Shown here one piece after another: positions 8,824 through 18,727 of a stretch of 45,891 nucleotides of DNA. The number at the start of each line of letters is the position of its first letter. The first letter of the stretch is position 1. Source of the stretch: Flavobacteriaceae bacterium (lineage in GTDB: Bacteria > Bacteroidota > Bacteroidia > Flavobacteriales > Flavobacteriaceae); the NCBI GenBank assembly GCA_022425505.1, contig JAKMFI010000069.1, forward strand, positions 1 through 45,891. The letters are read 5' to 3'. The notes below the pieces were generated by a model, which worked only from the letters and a program-made list of their open reading frames with translations, was not told the origin of the DNA and made no database searches. Both the position numbers and the translations under genes were made by a program.

Positions 8824-9928
8824 ATGTTCACATCTGAACTCTATCAAAAACTCAAAGATCGCCTGGCTGCGTTAAGGAGGTCTCTTTGACGTGGACTCGC
8901 TAACTATCGACGTTCAAAACAAAGAGGAAAAAACCTTAGCTCCTGATTTTTGGGATGACACCTCAGCTGCTGAAGCTTATATTCGAGCACTTCAACCCAA
9001 AAAACAATGGCTGTCAGATATCAATCAGTTAACCTCCAAAATAGATGATCTCTCTGTGCTAATTGAATTCTCAAAGAGTGGTGATAATGTGACTGAAGAG
9101 CTTAACGCCCTGTTCGCTGAGGCAACAAGCTTTATTGAGGAACTCGAGTTTAAAAATATGCTTTCAGAAGAAGGGGATTCGTTTTCTGCTGTACTGCAAA
9201 TCACTGCGGGAGCAGGTGGAACAGAAAGCTGTGATTGGGCTTCAATGCTGATGAGAATGTATATGATGTGGGCAGAAAAGAAAGGGTATAAGGTTCGGGA
9301 GCTCAATATGCAAGAAGGCGATGTAGCTGGCATCAAAACCGTTACGCTTGAATGCAAAGGAGATTATGCATTTGGTTGGCTTAAGGGAGAAAATGGTGTC
9401 CACCGATTGGTGAGGATTTCGCCATTTGATAGCAATGCAAAACGACACACCAGCTTTGCATCTGTTTATGTTTACCCGCTTGTGGATGATACGATACAAA
9501 TTGACATCAACCCTGCTGATATTCAAATCACAACTGCACGATCCAGTGGTGCAGGAGGACAACACGTAAATAAGGTTGAAACCAAAGTTCAGCTAACCCA
9601 TAAACCAACTGGGATTCAAATTAGTTGTTCGGAAACAAGATCCCAACATGAAAATAGAGAAAGAGCCTTGCAAATGTTGCGCTCCCAACTCTATGAGATT
9701 GAACTTCAAAACAAAAGAAAAACGAGAGATGCGATCGAAGCTAATAAAATGAAAATCGAATGGGGCTCACAAATTCGAAATTATGTGATGCAACCTTATA
9801 AAATGATAAAAGACGTGAGAAGCGGACACGAATCAAGTGATGTCGGCTCAGTCTTAGATGGAGGGCTTGACTCTTTTCTCAAATCTTATTTGATGATCAA
9901 TCAAGAATCTAAATCTAATGAACTATAA
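8824..9928 (+). CDS. prfB: Peptide chain release factor 2, requiring a +1 programmed ribosomal frameshift
   Basis: Frame 0 reads [21 protein letters not shown] and ends at the in-frame TGA (8887-8889). The +1 frame continues D-V-DSLTIDV... and carries the RF2 signatures SPF (RISPFDS) and GGQ (SGAGGQHVN). The combined length is about 367 aa. Confidence 0.92.
8875..8890 (+). promoter_or_regulatory. RF2 autoregulatory +1 frameshift site
   Basis: AGGAGG TCT CTT TGA C: an internal SD-like element, a 3-nt spacer, then the slippery CTT followed by TGA C. This is the same architecture as the E. coli prfB site. Confidence 0.85.
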
Positions 9929-10539
9929 TGATGAATACAATTGTTTTTGACCTCGGCGGCGTTCTAATTGACTGGAACACTGAATATGTTTTTCTCAAAG
10001 AATTTCGCGGTGATCGTGAAAAAATGAATTGGTTTTTTGAGAATATCTGCACCTCAGCATGGAATGAACAACAAGATGCTGGTAATAGCTTGGATCAAGC
10101 AACCCTAGAAAGAATTGCGCTCTTTCCAGAGCATGAGCGTCTTATTCGAATGTATTATGGTGAATGGGAACAGATGCTCGGCTATGAACTTACTGGAACA
10201 GTCGAAATTTTAAAAAAATTACATCAATCCCTTGACTATACAATTTACGCATTGACCAACTGGAGCGGAGAAACCTTCCCTGTTGCGCTACAAAAATTTT
10301 CCTTTTTGTCATGGTTTGAGGGTATTGTTGTCTCAGGCGATGAGAAACTCGTGAAGCCAGACCCTGCAATCTATAAATTATTGTTAGAGCGATATGGTTT
10401 AGATGAAACAACTTGTGTTTTTATCGACGATCGAGCTGACAATGTTCAGGCGGCTGTTAATTTGGGGTTTAAAGGAATTCAATTTTCAAACGACCGCCAA
10501 CTTCGAAAAGAACTACTAGAACTAAACATCAAAATATAA
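9928..10539 (+). CDS. HAD superfamily hydrolase (subfamily IA-like)
   Basis: 203 aa. Motif I IVFDLGGVLIDW, LTNWS and a C-terminal FIDDRADNV. Both the start and the stop lie in TAATG overlaps with neighbouring genes. Confidence 0.8.
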   Translation: MMNTIVFDLGGVLIDWNTEYVFLKEFRGDREKMNWFFENICTSAWNEQQDAGNSLDQATLERIALFPEHERLIRMYYGEWEQMLGYELTGTVEILKKLHQSLDYTIYALTNWSGETFPVALQKFSFLSWFEGIVVSGDEKLVKPDPAIYKLLLERYGLDETTCVFIDDRADNVQAAVNLGFKGIQFSNDRQLRKELLELNIKI

Positions 10540-12977
10540 TGATAAGAAATACAGCTTTACTTTTTATTCTTTCTCTATTTACCCTCACAAGCTTTGGCCA
10601 AGCTCGTCAAATTGTTTTGAGCGGAACCATAACCGATGCCGAGAAAAGTGAACCACTTCCCTATGCCACTGTATCGGTTTATAATCGCAATGGGGATTTA
10701 GCAAATGGAGGAATCGCTGATGAAAATGGAATTTTCAAACTCAATGTATCTCCAAATGACTATTCATTAAACTTTGAGTATATCGGATTTGAAAGTATAA
10801 CAACAGATGTAAAGCGATATACAAACAGCACCAACATCGGAACCATTCAGCTCGTTTCATCTGTTGAGTCACTAGAAGGTGTCGATGTGGTCGGACAAAG
10901 TGCAGATGTCGAAATTCGTTTGGATAAGCGTGTATACAATGTTGCCAAAAACAACCTCATTCGAGGGGGAACAGTATCTGATGTGTTGGAAAATGTACCC
11001 TCTGTTTCAGTTGATATTGATGGGAATATCGAACTTCGAGGAAACAACAACGTACGAATTCTAGTTGATGGCAAACCATCGGGGCTAATCGGGCTTGGTG
11101 GCATTGACGCATTGACAAGACTACCTGCAGAATCAATCGAGAAAGTTGAAGTAATCACCTCACCTTCTGCTCGTTACCAGGCCGAAGGCACAACAGGGAT
11201 TATCAATATCATTTTGGCCAAACGATTCTTAAAAGGGCTCAATGGGGTGTTTAATCTTTCGGCAGGGAGAAACGACACCTATAGCGGATCTGCGAATTTA
11301 AATTATCGAAAAGGGAAGTTTAACTTCTTTACCAATTCGGGATATAGTGACCGCACAAATAAGGGGCGGGCTGTGCAAGATAATGTATATACAAACCCCC
11401 TTGAATCGGTAGAACGTTATGTTGAAGAGCGTCTATTCAACCGCAGAAGACAAGGGTTTAATGTCAATGTTGGATTGGATTATCAAATGACTGAAAAGTC
11501 TTCACTAACCATGAGCTACCTCACGAATGAACGAGATGGGGATGATAGGACAGTAAATGAGCAATCACAGTATCAAATAAACGGAGTTTTAGTTACAAAT
11601 CGTTATGAAGATGAAATTGACCATGAGGATAGCAATCAGTTTAGTGTAGATTTTGAGCATAAATTCAACAAACAAGGACACAAATTGACCGCAACTTTAC
11701 AAACAGAAAAAAATGACGAAACAGAAACTTCTGATATCAATTCATTTTTCGAAAATGGCCAACCCTCAGACGATAGTGAAATCAATACCACGGTAGAAAG
11801 TCAAGAGCGAAATCTGGCACAAATCGATTATGTATATCCAATCAATAAAAATACGCAATTTGAAGCGGGGTACCGAGGAACAGACAACAAAAGAATAATC
11901 GATTTTGAGGTTGAGATTATTGATGAAAATAACATCGCAACGAACGATGAAAACCTTTCGAATGTTCTCGATTTTGAACAAGAAGTCCATGCGCTGTATA
12001 CCCAGTACGGAAAAAAATTCAATGCTTTCTCATTCCTTGCTGGCTTGCGCTTCGAAAATACCAGAATATTTGTTGAACAACTCGACTCTAGCTCTCCTCT
12101 CAACAATGACAGCCATAATGATTACTTCCCTACCCTCAACCTAGGTTATGAAATCAGCCCTACAGCAAGCATCACCTTGGGATATAATCGAAGAATCTCT
12201 CGACCAAGCGCTAGGACGCTAAACCCTTTTCAATCGAGATCGAGTAAAACAAGTTATTTTCAAGGAAATCCAAAACTCGATCCGAGTTACTCTAACGGAA
12301 TTGATATTGGCTATTTAAAGCAGTTTAAAAAAGTTACGTTAAACACTTCTGTCTACTATCGCAAGTCAACGGATGCTGTTAGCCGAGTTGCTGTTGTAAC
12401 CGATGAAACCGTTTTTGTTAACGATATCGAAACTCCTGTTATACGCCGTCTACCAATTAATTTGGGTACAGTAGAACAATTTGGCGTTGAGTTTAACACC
12501 TCTTTGCGCTTGATAAGGGGGATGCGTACAAATGCAAGTGTTAATTTTTACAGACGAATTGAGGAAGGAAATTATCAAGGCATATCTTATGATACAGACA
12601 ACGCAAGCTGGTCAGGAAATTTAAGTAACTCTTATCGCTTACCATTCGATATTCAGTCTCAATTCTCTGTGCGATATCGAGGTCCAAGCGAATCCTCATT
12701 TGGCAAAAGCAAAGGGTTTTTATACACAGATCTCGCTTTGAGTAAAGACATTTTGAATGACAATGCGACAATTAATTTTCGATTTAGCGATTTGTTTAAT
12801 ACAGGAAAGTACGATTACCAAACGACAACACCAGTTGCAGTTACAGATGGGGTTTATCAAAGGCGTGAACCCACATATACCCTAACCTTTACATACCGAT
12901 TTAGACAAGAGAAAAACAGACAACGTGGCCGCAGGGGATCAAACGGACAGGGAGACTTTGAAGAATTTGAATTATAA
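10539..12977 (+). CDS. TonB-dependent receptor-like outer-membrane beta-barrel protein (CarboxypepD_reg N-domain plus plug plus barrel)
   Basis: 812 aa. Signal peptide; GTITDAEKSEPLPYATVSVY (carboxypeptidase-regulatory-like fold); plug-like VEVITSPSARYQAEGTTGIINIIL; long beta-rich region. The basic C-terminal tail after TLTFTYRF is common in this Bacteroidota family. Confidence 0.85.
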   Translation: MIRNTALLFILSLFTLTSFGQARQIVLSGTITDAEKSEPLPYATVSVYNRNGDLANGGIADENGIFKLNVSPNDYSLNFEYIGFESITTDVKRYTNSTNIGTIQLVSSVESLEGVDVVGQSADVEIRLDKRVYNVAKNNLIRGGTVSDVLENVPSVSVDIDGNIELRGNNNVRILVDGKPSGLIGLGGIDALTRLPAESIEKVEVITSPSARYQAEGTTGIINIILAKRFLKGLNGVFNLSAGRNDTYSGSANLNYRKGKFNFFTNSGYSDRTNKGRAVQDNVYTNPLESVERYVEERLFNRRRQGFNVNVGLDYQMTEKSSLTMSYLTNERDGDDRTVNEQSQYQINGVLVTNRYEDEIDHEDSNQFSVDFEHKFNKQGHKLTATLQTEKNDETETSDINSFFENGQPSDDSEINTTVESQERNLAQIDYVYPINKNTQFEAGYRGTDNKRIIDFEVEIIDENNIATNDENLSNVLDFEQEVHALYTQYGKKFNAFSFLAGLRFENTRIFVEQLDSSSPLNNDSHNDYFPTLNLGYEISPTASITLGYNRRISRPSARTLNPFQSRSSKTSYFQGNPKLDPSYSNGIDIGYLKQFKKVTLNTSVYYRKSTDAVSRVAVVTDETVFVNDIETPVIRRLPINLGTVEQFGVEFNTSLRLIRGMRTNASVNFYRRIEEGNYQGISYDTDNASWSGNLSNSYRLPFDIQSQFSVRYRGPSESSFGKSKGFLYTDLALSKDILNDNATINFRFSDLFNTGKYDYQTTTPVAVTDGVYQRREPTYTLTFTYRFRQEKNRQRGRRGSNGQGDFEEFEL

Positions 12978-12979
12978 AG

Positions 12980-13144
12980 CTATTCTGATTGTTTCGCTTT
13001 TTTTCTTTCTTTAAACCACTCAATTAGGTTGCCACTCAACCAGTAGGGAATCACAAAGCCAATGAGGAAAATCATAAGCCAGAATCCCGTGATGAGTATG
13101 GTTAGAAAAAGAATAAATCCAAGATATTGTTCAAACGTAAACAT
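12980..13144 (-). CDS. Possible 54-aa small membrane protein (below the ORF-track cutoff)
   Basis: Hand translation gives MFTFEQYLGFILFLTILITGFWLMIFLIGFVIPYWLSGNLIEWFKERKKAKQSE: a hydrophobic helix region followed by a basic tail. It fills an otherwise empty gap between the receptor gene and fumC. There is no homology evidence. Confidence 0.35.
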   Translation of the reverse strand: MFTFEQYLGFILFLTILITGFWLMIFLIGFVIPYWLSGNLIEWFKERKKAKQSE

Positions 13145-13226
13145 AGATGTCTATTGATGTTGCAAATTTATTTAGAAAGTTTGATGTACACAATAAAGGT
13201 TGATAAAATCCGCATTTGATTTTTCT

Positions 13227-13234
13227 TACCTTTG
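13227..13234 (+). promoter_or_regulatory. Candidate -7 promoter box (TACCTTTG) upstream of fumC
   Basis: Matches TAnnTTTG and ends 17 nt upstream of the fumC ATG at 13252. Confidence 0.3.
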
Positions 13235-13251
13235 CACAAATATTTATTTCC

Positions 13252-14643
13252 ATGTCATTCCGAGCCGAAAAAGACACCTTAGGAGTTGTAAATGTACCCG
13301 CAGATAAGTATTGGGGTGCCCAGACCGAACGTTCAAGAAACAACTTCAAAATTGGTGATCCTGGGTCGATGCCGATTGAATTGATTTATGGTTTTGCCAT
13401 TCTTAAAAAAGCAGCTGCCTATACCAATGCTGAGCTCGGTGAATTGGAAAAAAGTAAACGAGACCTCATTGCCCAGGTCTGCGATGAAATCTTGGAAGGT
13501 AAGCATGACGATCAGTTTCCTCTCGTGATTTGGCAAACGGGTTCTGGAACGCAGTCTAATATGAATGTCAATGAAGTCATAGCCAATCGTGGTCATGTAT
13601 TGGCGGGTCAGGTTTTGGGTGAAGGTGAGAAAACACTGCACCCCAATGATGATGTAAACAAGTCGCAATCTTCAAACGACACCTTCCCAACTGGAATGCA
13701 TATTGCAGCGTATAAATGTATCGTTGAAAACACACTGCCTGCACTGCATGAGTTCAAAAAAACGCTTGCTGAAAAGTCGAAAGCATTTACAGATGTGATT
13801 AAAATTGGGCGAACGCATATGATGGACGCTACCCCATTGAGCTTGGGACAGGAATTTTCTGGTTATGTAGCACAAATTGAATATGGGATCAAAGCCATTG
13901 AAAACAGTTTACCGCATCTCGCCGAGTTGGCATTGGGTGGTACGGCAGTTGGAACAGGGATCAATACCCCTGATGGCTATGCAGAGCGTGTAGCCGCCTA
14001 TATTGCAGAGTTTACCGGGCATCCGTTTGTCACAGCGCCCAACAAGTTTGAGGCGCTAGCAAGCCGTGATGCTATTGTAGAAACGCATGGTGCTTTACGT
14101 CAAGTCGCCGTGTCACTTCATAAAATCACGCATGATATTCGAGTCATGTCAAGTGGTCCACGATCAGGGATTGGAGAGTTGTCGATCCCTGCAAATGAGC
14201 CAGGGAGCTCGATCATGCCAGGAAAGGTCAACCCGACACAGTGTGAAGCTCTAACCATGGTTTGTGCCCAAGTCATCGGAAACGACGTATCTATTGCATT
14301 TGGAGGAGCGCAAGGCCACTTTGAACTCAATGTGTTTAAACCCCTTATGGCCAACAATCTTCTTCAGTCAGCTCGCTTACTTGCCGATGCAGTCACAAGC
14401 TTTGACATACATTGTGCTCAGGGCATCGAACCCAATACGAATGTCATTCAAAAACTTGTTGACAACTCCCTGATGTTGGTGACCGCACTCAATACAAAAA
14501 TCGGATATTACAAAGCCGCTGAAATCGCTCAAAAGGCACATGAGGAAAACACAACACTACGCGATGCTGCCATAGCGACTGGATATGTAACAGGAGAAGA
14601 ATTTGATCAATGGGTTCGTCCCGAAGACATGATCGGGCGTTAG
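13252..14643 (+). CDS. fumC: Class II fumarate hydratase
   Basis: [28 protein letters not shown] at the N-terminus and the [15 protein letters not shown] signature. I chose the ATG at 13252; the track's upstream extension is hydrophobic junk. Confidence 0.93.
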   Translation: MSFRAEKDTLGVVNVPADKYWGAQTERSRNNFKIGDPGSMPIELIYGFAILKKAAAYTNAELGELEKSKRDLIAQVCDEILEGKHDDQFPLVIWQTGSGTQSNMNVNEVIANRGHVLAGQVLGEGEKTLHPNDDVNKSQSSNDTFPTGMHIAAYKCIVENTLPALHEFKKTLAEKSKAFTDVIKIGRTHMMDATPLSLGQEFSGYVAQIEYGIKAIENSLPHLAELALGGTAVGTGINTPDGYAERVAAYIAEFTGHPFVTAPNKFEALASRDAIVETHGALRQVAVSLHKITHDIRVMSSGPRSGIGELSIPANEPGSSIMPGKVNPTQCEALTMVCAQVIGNDVSIAFGGAQGHFELNVFKPLMANNLLQSARLLADAVTSFDIHCAQGIEPNTNVIQKLVDNSLMLVTALNTKIGYYKAAEIAQKAHEENTTLRDAAIATGYVTGEEFDQWVRPEDMIGR

Positions 14644-14819
14644 ACCCTCCCTTTTAGCGCATTAAAAGCCCAGCCGACAGCAATAAAGCCCGTTCCTGTC
14701 AAGCTAAATCCAAAAGAATATTCTGGGTACTTAAACGCACCCAACAAGATAATACCGATGCCTATCACTATAAGAATGAGTGAGGCAATTCCGAAAATCA
14801 CATTTTTATTAAACTTCAT
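14640..14819 (-). CDS. Possible 59-aa two-helix membrane protein, translationally coupled to menE
   Basis: Hand translation gives [59 protein letters not shown]. Its ATG (14819-14817) overlaps the menE stop as ATGA. Its stop overlaps the fumC stop by 4 nt. Confidence 0.45.
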   Translation of the reverse strand: MKFNKNVIFGIASLILIVIGIGIILLGAFKYPEYSFGFSLTGTGFIAVGWAFNALKGRV

Positions 14820-15850
14820 GAAAAGTCGATTGTTTGAAGGGTTTGGTTTCGAAGAATTTTTCCATTAGTACGCAAGAAATGCGAAAGTACAAAATAATCC
14901 TTTGGCTTCTCATACCTACTAAGTGTATCGAGTTTTGAAATTATCTTTTTGATCTGATTTGGCACTTGTCCTTCAAACACGATAGACAAAGACTGTCCCA
15001 ATTGTTTATCTGGTTTTCCAAATACAAAAAACGGTACTGAAATAAGGGGTGAAAGCGCTTTCTCAATCTGTTCAGGATGCAGTTTGATCCCACCAGAATT
15101 GATCACATGATCGCTCCTTCCTTTCCACATAAACTGGGTGGAAGATATCAAATCTACACAGTCTCTCGTTACAAGTTTTTCGATGCCAATATGGGGCGCA
15201 TGAACGACCAAAGCATCTCCTAGCATGGAAAATGTCACATCTCCGACCGCCGTGTACTGCTTTTCCCCTTTACTCAGGTTTTGAAGGGCAACATGACTAT
15301 AGGTTTCTGTCATTCCATAGGTGGAGAAAACACGACTGGTATGCCCCTTTACCGCAGCTCTCAGGGAATCATCGACTGGAGCTCCTCCAACAATGATTTG
15401 CTTAAATTGGTCAATATGGTCCAGAGAATTGTGCAACTGGTGTGGTGTCATTGCCGTGAAGTCGTAGGTCTTGGAAACCCCAAGCGTTGCGGTTGGTTCG
15501 ATAATATCGATCCATAATCCAGCCAATAAAGCCCGAATGAGCATCATTTTCCCCGCGATATGCCAAACTGGCAAACACATAAGGGCCTGCTGTTTCGGTT
15601 GCAGATTGAATGCTTTTATTGTCGTCATCGCCGAAGCAGATAACATGGTTTTCGGAGCGAGAATTTGAGTGGGTTTACCAGTAGAACCGCTCGTTTGGAG
15701 CACAAGATCATGCTCTTCGGAATACCAATCCAAAATAAATCGACCCAATTCGCTTAGGTGTTCCTGCTTTGAGTCACTGAGCTCATATGCATGCAACAGC
15801 AGACGGTCACGGTCATAGGATACCCCATTAAGACGAAAATCAAAATGCAT
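14816..15850 (-). CDS. menE: O-succinylbenzoate-CoA ligase
   Basis: AMP-binding motifs LQTSGSTGKPTQ and TYGMTET, with a short (~344 aa) MenE-type length. I chose the ATG at 15850 (MHFDFRLNG), a TAATG overlap with the upstream stop. The track's longer version overlaps the CPBP gene. Confidence 0.85.
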   Translation of the reverse strand: MHFDFRLNGVSYDRDRLLLHAYELSDSKQEHLSELGRFILDWYSEEHDLVLQTSGSTGKPTQILAPKTMLSASAMTTIKAFNLQPKQQALMCLPVWHIAGKMMLIRALLAGLWIDIIEPTATLGVSKTYDFTAMTPHQLHNSLDHIDQFKQIIVGGAPVDDSLRAAVKGHTSRVFSTYGMTETYSHVALQNLSKGEKQYTAVGDVTFSMLGDALVVHAPHIGIEKLVTRDCVDLISSTQFMWKGRSDHVINSGGIKLHPEQIEKALSPLISVPFFVFGKPDKQLGQSLSIVFEGQVPNQIKKIISKLDTLSRYEKPKDYFVLSHFLRTNGKILRNQTLQTIDFS

Positions 15851-16767
15851 TAGGAGGAATTTGAAACAGAACCCGTCAATTTTGATTTCCATGAACTCCA
15901 CTTGTATTTTTTGGTGAGGATAAATCCAACCAATGAATATATAATCACAGGAAGAATAATATATTCTGCTAGTACAGGGTCTGAAACATCTTTGTAAAGT
16001 GAGTTTGTTTGAAAAGCAGTCCAATCAGAAGTCACCAACAAAGCGATGACTAAATTATTGGCAGCGTGGAAACCGATAGATAGTTCGAGTCCTTCATCCA
16101 TCAAGGTGATTATTCCTAAAAATAGTCCTGTGATGATATATATTGAAATCAAGCCATACCCCAATTTGGCTACTTCTGGGTTCAAGGAGTGAAGAAGTCC
16201 AAAAGAAATAGAGGTGATCAATAATGGAGCCAATCGATTTTTGAAAGCTGCACCAAGCCCCTGAAACAAATAACCCCTCATCAACAATTCTTCAGCAGTG
16301 GTCTGTAAAGGAATCATCAATACAGCAATTAGCACAAGTCCAAAAAATCGTTCAGGATCATAGTTCCAAACGTAATCGTCAGGGGATAGTGCTAAATCGA
16401 TAGCTAAGGATAAGACCGCTAAAGCAGTCACTAATAAAAACGAAAAAGCGACACGACTCCAGTCAAACGAGGAGCGACTCGTCACAAGGAATTTGAGTGG
16501 TTGATCGTGCAAAAAACGAGAAATCATGAGAATCCCAAAAAAAGCAAATGCAAAGGGCAAAAGCATGTAAAATAGAGTTGTGTTTGGTTCGAGAACAGAA
16601 AGCATTTCTGTTTCTGACATTCCAGCTAGCTTTCCAGCACCTGCTTCTGCCATTAAGGCAATCCCAAATGGCATAGAAGCCATAAAATAAATCAACATGA
16701 TTAGAAAAATACCAACGATATAACGCCACGCATCTGATTTTCCTTTATATGCATTTTCTATAAACAT
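15850..16767 (-). CDS. CPBP family intramembrane glutamic endopeptidase (CAAX protease-like)
   Basis: 305 aa polytopic membrane protein carrying all three CPBP motifs: EELLMRG (EExxxR), FGLLH (FxxxH) and HAANN (HxxxN). Confidence 0.85.
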   Translation of the reverse strand: MFIENAYKGKSDAWRYIVGIFLIMLIYFMASMPFGIALMAEAGAGKLAGMSETEMLSVLEPNTTLFYMLLPFAFAFFGILMISRFLHDQPLKFLVTSRSSFDWSRVAFSFLLVTALAVLSLAIDLALSPDDYVWNYDPERFFGLVLIAVLMIPLQTTAEELLMRGYLFQGLGAAFKNRLAPLLITSISFGLLHSLNPEVAKLGYGLISIYIITGLFLGIITLMDEGLELSIGFHAANNLVIALLVTSDWTAFQTNSLYKDVSDPVLAEYIILPVIIYSLVGFILTKKYKWSSWKSKLTGSVSNSS

Positions 16768-17804
16768 GTTTTCAACGTAAAGTCCGAAAGTTTATTGGGA
16801 TCAAACCCCATATTTTGACCTCTAAGATACAAAGGTGTATCGATATTGTTTGTAAATAATCCACCCGTTCCAAGCCCTTGTGGTCGATTAATTTGTTTTG
16901 TGCTCACCCATTGCGCAATTGCATTGAGTCCAATATTGCTTTCAAGCGCACTTGTTGCCCACCAGTCAACAGCATGCTTTTTGGCAATTGATACCCACTG
17001 ATCAGCACCTTGCCACCCACCTACCAAACTCGGCTTGATGATGATGTATTGTGGTTTTATCTCTTGGATCAAATCCACTTTCTCCTGTTTAGAGTTGATA
17101 CCGATCAATTCCTCATCCAATGCGATTGGAATGGGCGAAGTTTTGCATAAAGTGACCATTTCTTTCCACTGACCAGGAGCAATGGGCTGCTCGATGGAGT
17201 GAATATTATACTCTGATAGTTTCCTCAATTTTTGCATGGCATCTTCAGATTGAAAAGCACCATTTGCGTCCAAGCGAAGCGTAAGATCAGAACTGTGAAA
17301 TCGTTTTCTAATATGAGCTAAGAACTTACATTCTGATTCGAAATCAATTGCACCAACTTTGATTTTGATACATGTAAATCCTAGGTTAATTTTTTGCTCG
17401 AGTTGAGTCATCATGGCCTCAACATCGCCCATCCAGATCAATCCATTAATTGGAATCATTTGTTGATGATGAATAAACTGCGTATCGAAATGCAATAAAG
17501 GGTGATGTGAGTCTAATCCTGAAAAAGCCATTTCAATTGCAAACTGTACAGCAGGTGCTTTTGTATAGCGCTGGAGAAGAAACTCCTTTCCCTTTTTGAG
17601 ATATTGCGGGATTTCCTCCAATATGTTTTGGACATCTTGTGGAGACTCTGGGCTAAGCCCTTCAATGATGCTACACTCGCCGATACCATATTGATCGCCT
17701 TTGGAGATTTGAATCAACCAACTGTCTTTGTAACGCAAAACCCCTCTTGAAGTTCCACCAGGAGTTTTGAATTGAAGTTGGTGTCTAATCCATGAAAATT
17801 CCAT
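16758..17804 (-). CDS. menC: o-Succinylbenzoate synthase (enolase superfamily)
   Basis: IKIKVG, LRLDANGAF, IEQP and LDEEL metal/catalytic motifs, in a men operon context. I chose the ATG at 17804; the track start at 17810 is TTG. Confidence 0.8.
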   Translation of the reverse strand: MEFSWIRHQLQFKTPGGTSRGVLRYKDSWLIQISKGDQYGIGECSIIEGLSPESPQDVQNILEEIPQYLKKGKEFLLQRYTKAPAVQFAIEMAFSGLDSHHPLLHFDTQFIHHQQMIPINGLIWMGDVEAMMTQLEQKINLGFTCIKIKVGAIDFESECKFLAHIRKRFHSSDLTLRLDANGAFQSEDAMQKLRKLSEYNIHSIEQPIAPGQWKEMVTLCKTSPIPIALDEELIGINSKQEKVDLIQEIKPQYIIIKPSLVGGWQGADQWVSIAKKHAVDWWATSALESNIGLNAIAQWVSTKQINRPQGLGTGGLFTNNIDTPLYLRGQNMGFDPNKLSDFTLKTCL

Positions 17805-17806
17805 AC

Positions 17807-18712
17807 TCAAAAGAAAATTAACAACAAACTAAACGAAATGGCATAAAAGAAAGTCAGCAAAGCAATTTTTTTGAGTTCCGGGTCGAGGTTTTTCTCGTTT
17901 TGTTTTTGAAACACAACCTTGAGATGGAGCGATATCGGAATGATCATTATCACCGACATCACAACAAAGGCAATGGCATGGTAGATCAAGCCGTAAACAA
18001 CCGTTAAAATAACGGGGATACCAACCAGTGCCAGTTGATAAAAGGCCGCCTTTTCAGCACCCAAACGAACAGCAATCGTAGTTTTCCCATATTTCTTGTC
18101 GTTCACTCGGTCGCGCATATTGTTGAGGTTTAATACTCCCACAGAAAATAACCCGATCGAGATCGCTGGGAAAATCAACGAGAGATCCAATTCGAATGTA
18201 TATAAATAATGGCTGCCCAAAACACTGACACACCCAAAAAACAGAAAGACAAATAAATCTCCCAAACCCTTATAACCATATGCATTAGAACCAACTGTGT
18301 ATCGAATAGCAGCCACTATAGCAAAAAAGCCCAATCCGAGAAAAGTCAAAGCAGTTTTACTCAACCCAAAAGCACTATAAACCAGTAAAATCGTCAAGAG
18401 GACAGCAACACCAGAAATGACAAAAATTGCTTGGCGGAGTTGCGCTCTAGAAGTCAGTTCAGATTGAAGGATTCTTTTTGGACCAAGTCTTTCATCATTA
18501 TCAGTTCCTTTGATACCATCACCATAATCATTGGCAAAATTGGAAAGCAATTGATAGCAAACCGTAGTGAAAATTGCGAGTGTAAATACGCTAACATTAA
18601 ACTCATTTTTTAAAAAAGCTGCCGCAGACCCAACTAATATTCCAGAGATGGAAAGCGGAATAGTTCTCAATCGAGCTGCTCTGATCCAAGTCGTAAAAGT
18701 CACCCTATTCAA
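17807..18712 (-). CDS. menA: 1,4-dihydroxy-2-naphthoate polyprenyltransferase
   Basis: UbiA-family polytopic protein with NDYGDGIKGTD (NxxxDxxxD). The start is non-ATG (TTG at 18712, or GTG at 18703). Confidence 0.85.
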   Translation of the reverse strand: MNRVTFTTWIRAARLRTIPLSISGILVGSAAAFLKNEFNVSVFTLAIFTTVCYQLLSNFANDYGDGIKGTDNDERLGPKRILQSELTSRAQLRQAIFVISGVAVLLTILLVYSAFGLSKTALTFLGLGFFAIVAAIRYTVGSNAYGYKGLGDLFVFLFFGCVSVLGSHYLYTFELDLSLIFPAISIGLFSVGVLNLNNMRDRVNDKKYGKTTIAVRLGAEKAAFYQLALVGIPVILTVVYGLIYHAIAFVVMSVIMIIPISLHLKVVFQKQNEKNLDPELKKIALLTFFYAISFSLLLIFF

Positions 18713-18727
18713 AAATTTGATTGTTCA

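Noticed and set aside
8695-8889. A 64-aa ORF as an independent gene upstream of RF2.
   Set aside because: Its last 21 codons are the RF2 N-terminus, ending at the programmed frameshift TGA. The upstream 43 codons are an artefactual extension before the real ATG at 8824.
15851-16024. N-terminal 58-codon extension of the menE ORF (402-aa version).
   Set aside because: The extension overlaps the 3' end of the CPBP gene out of frame, is Cys/Phe-rich junk, and MenE homology begins at the ATG at 15850.
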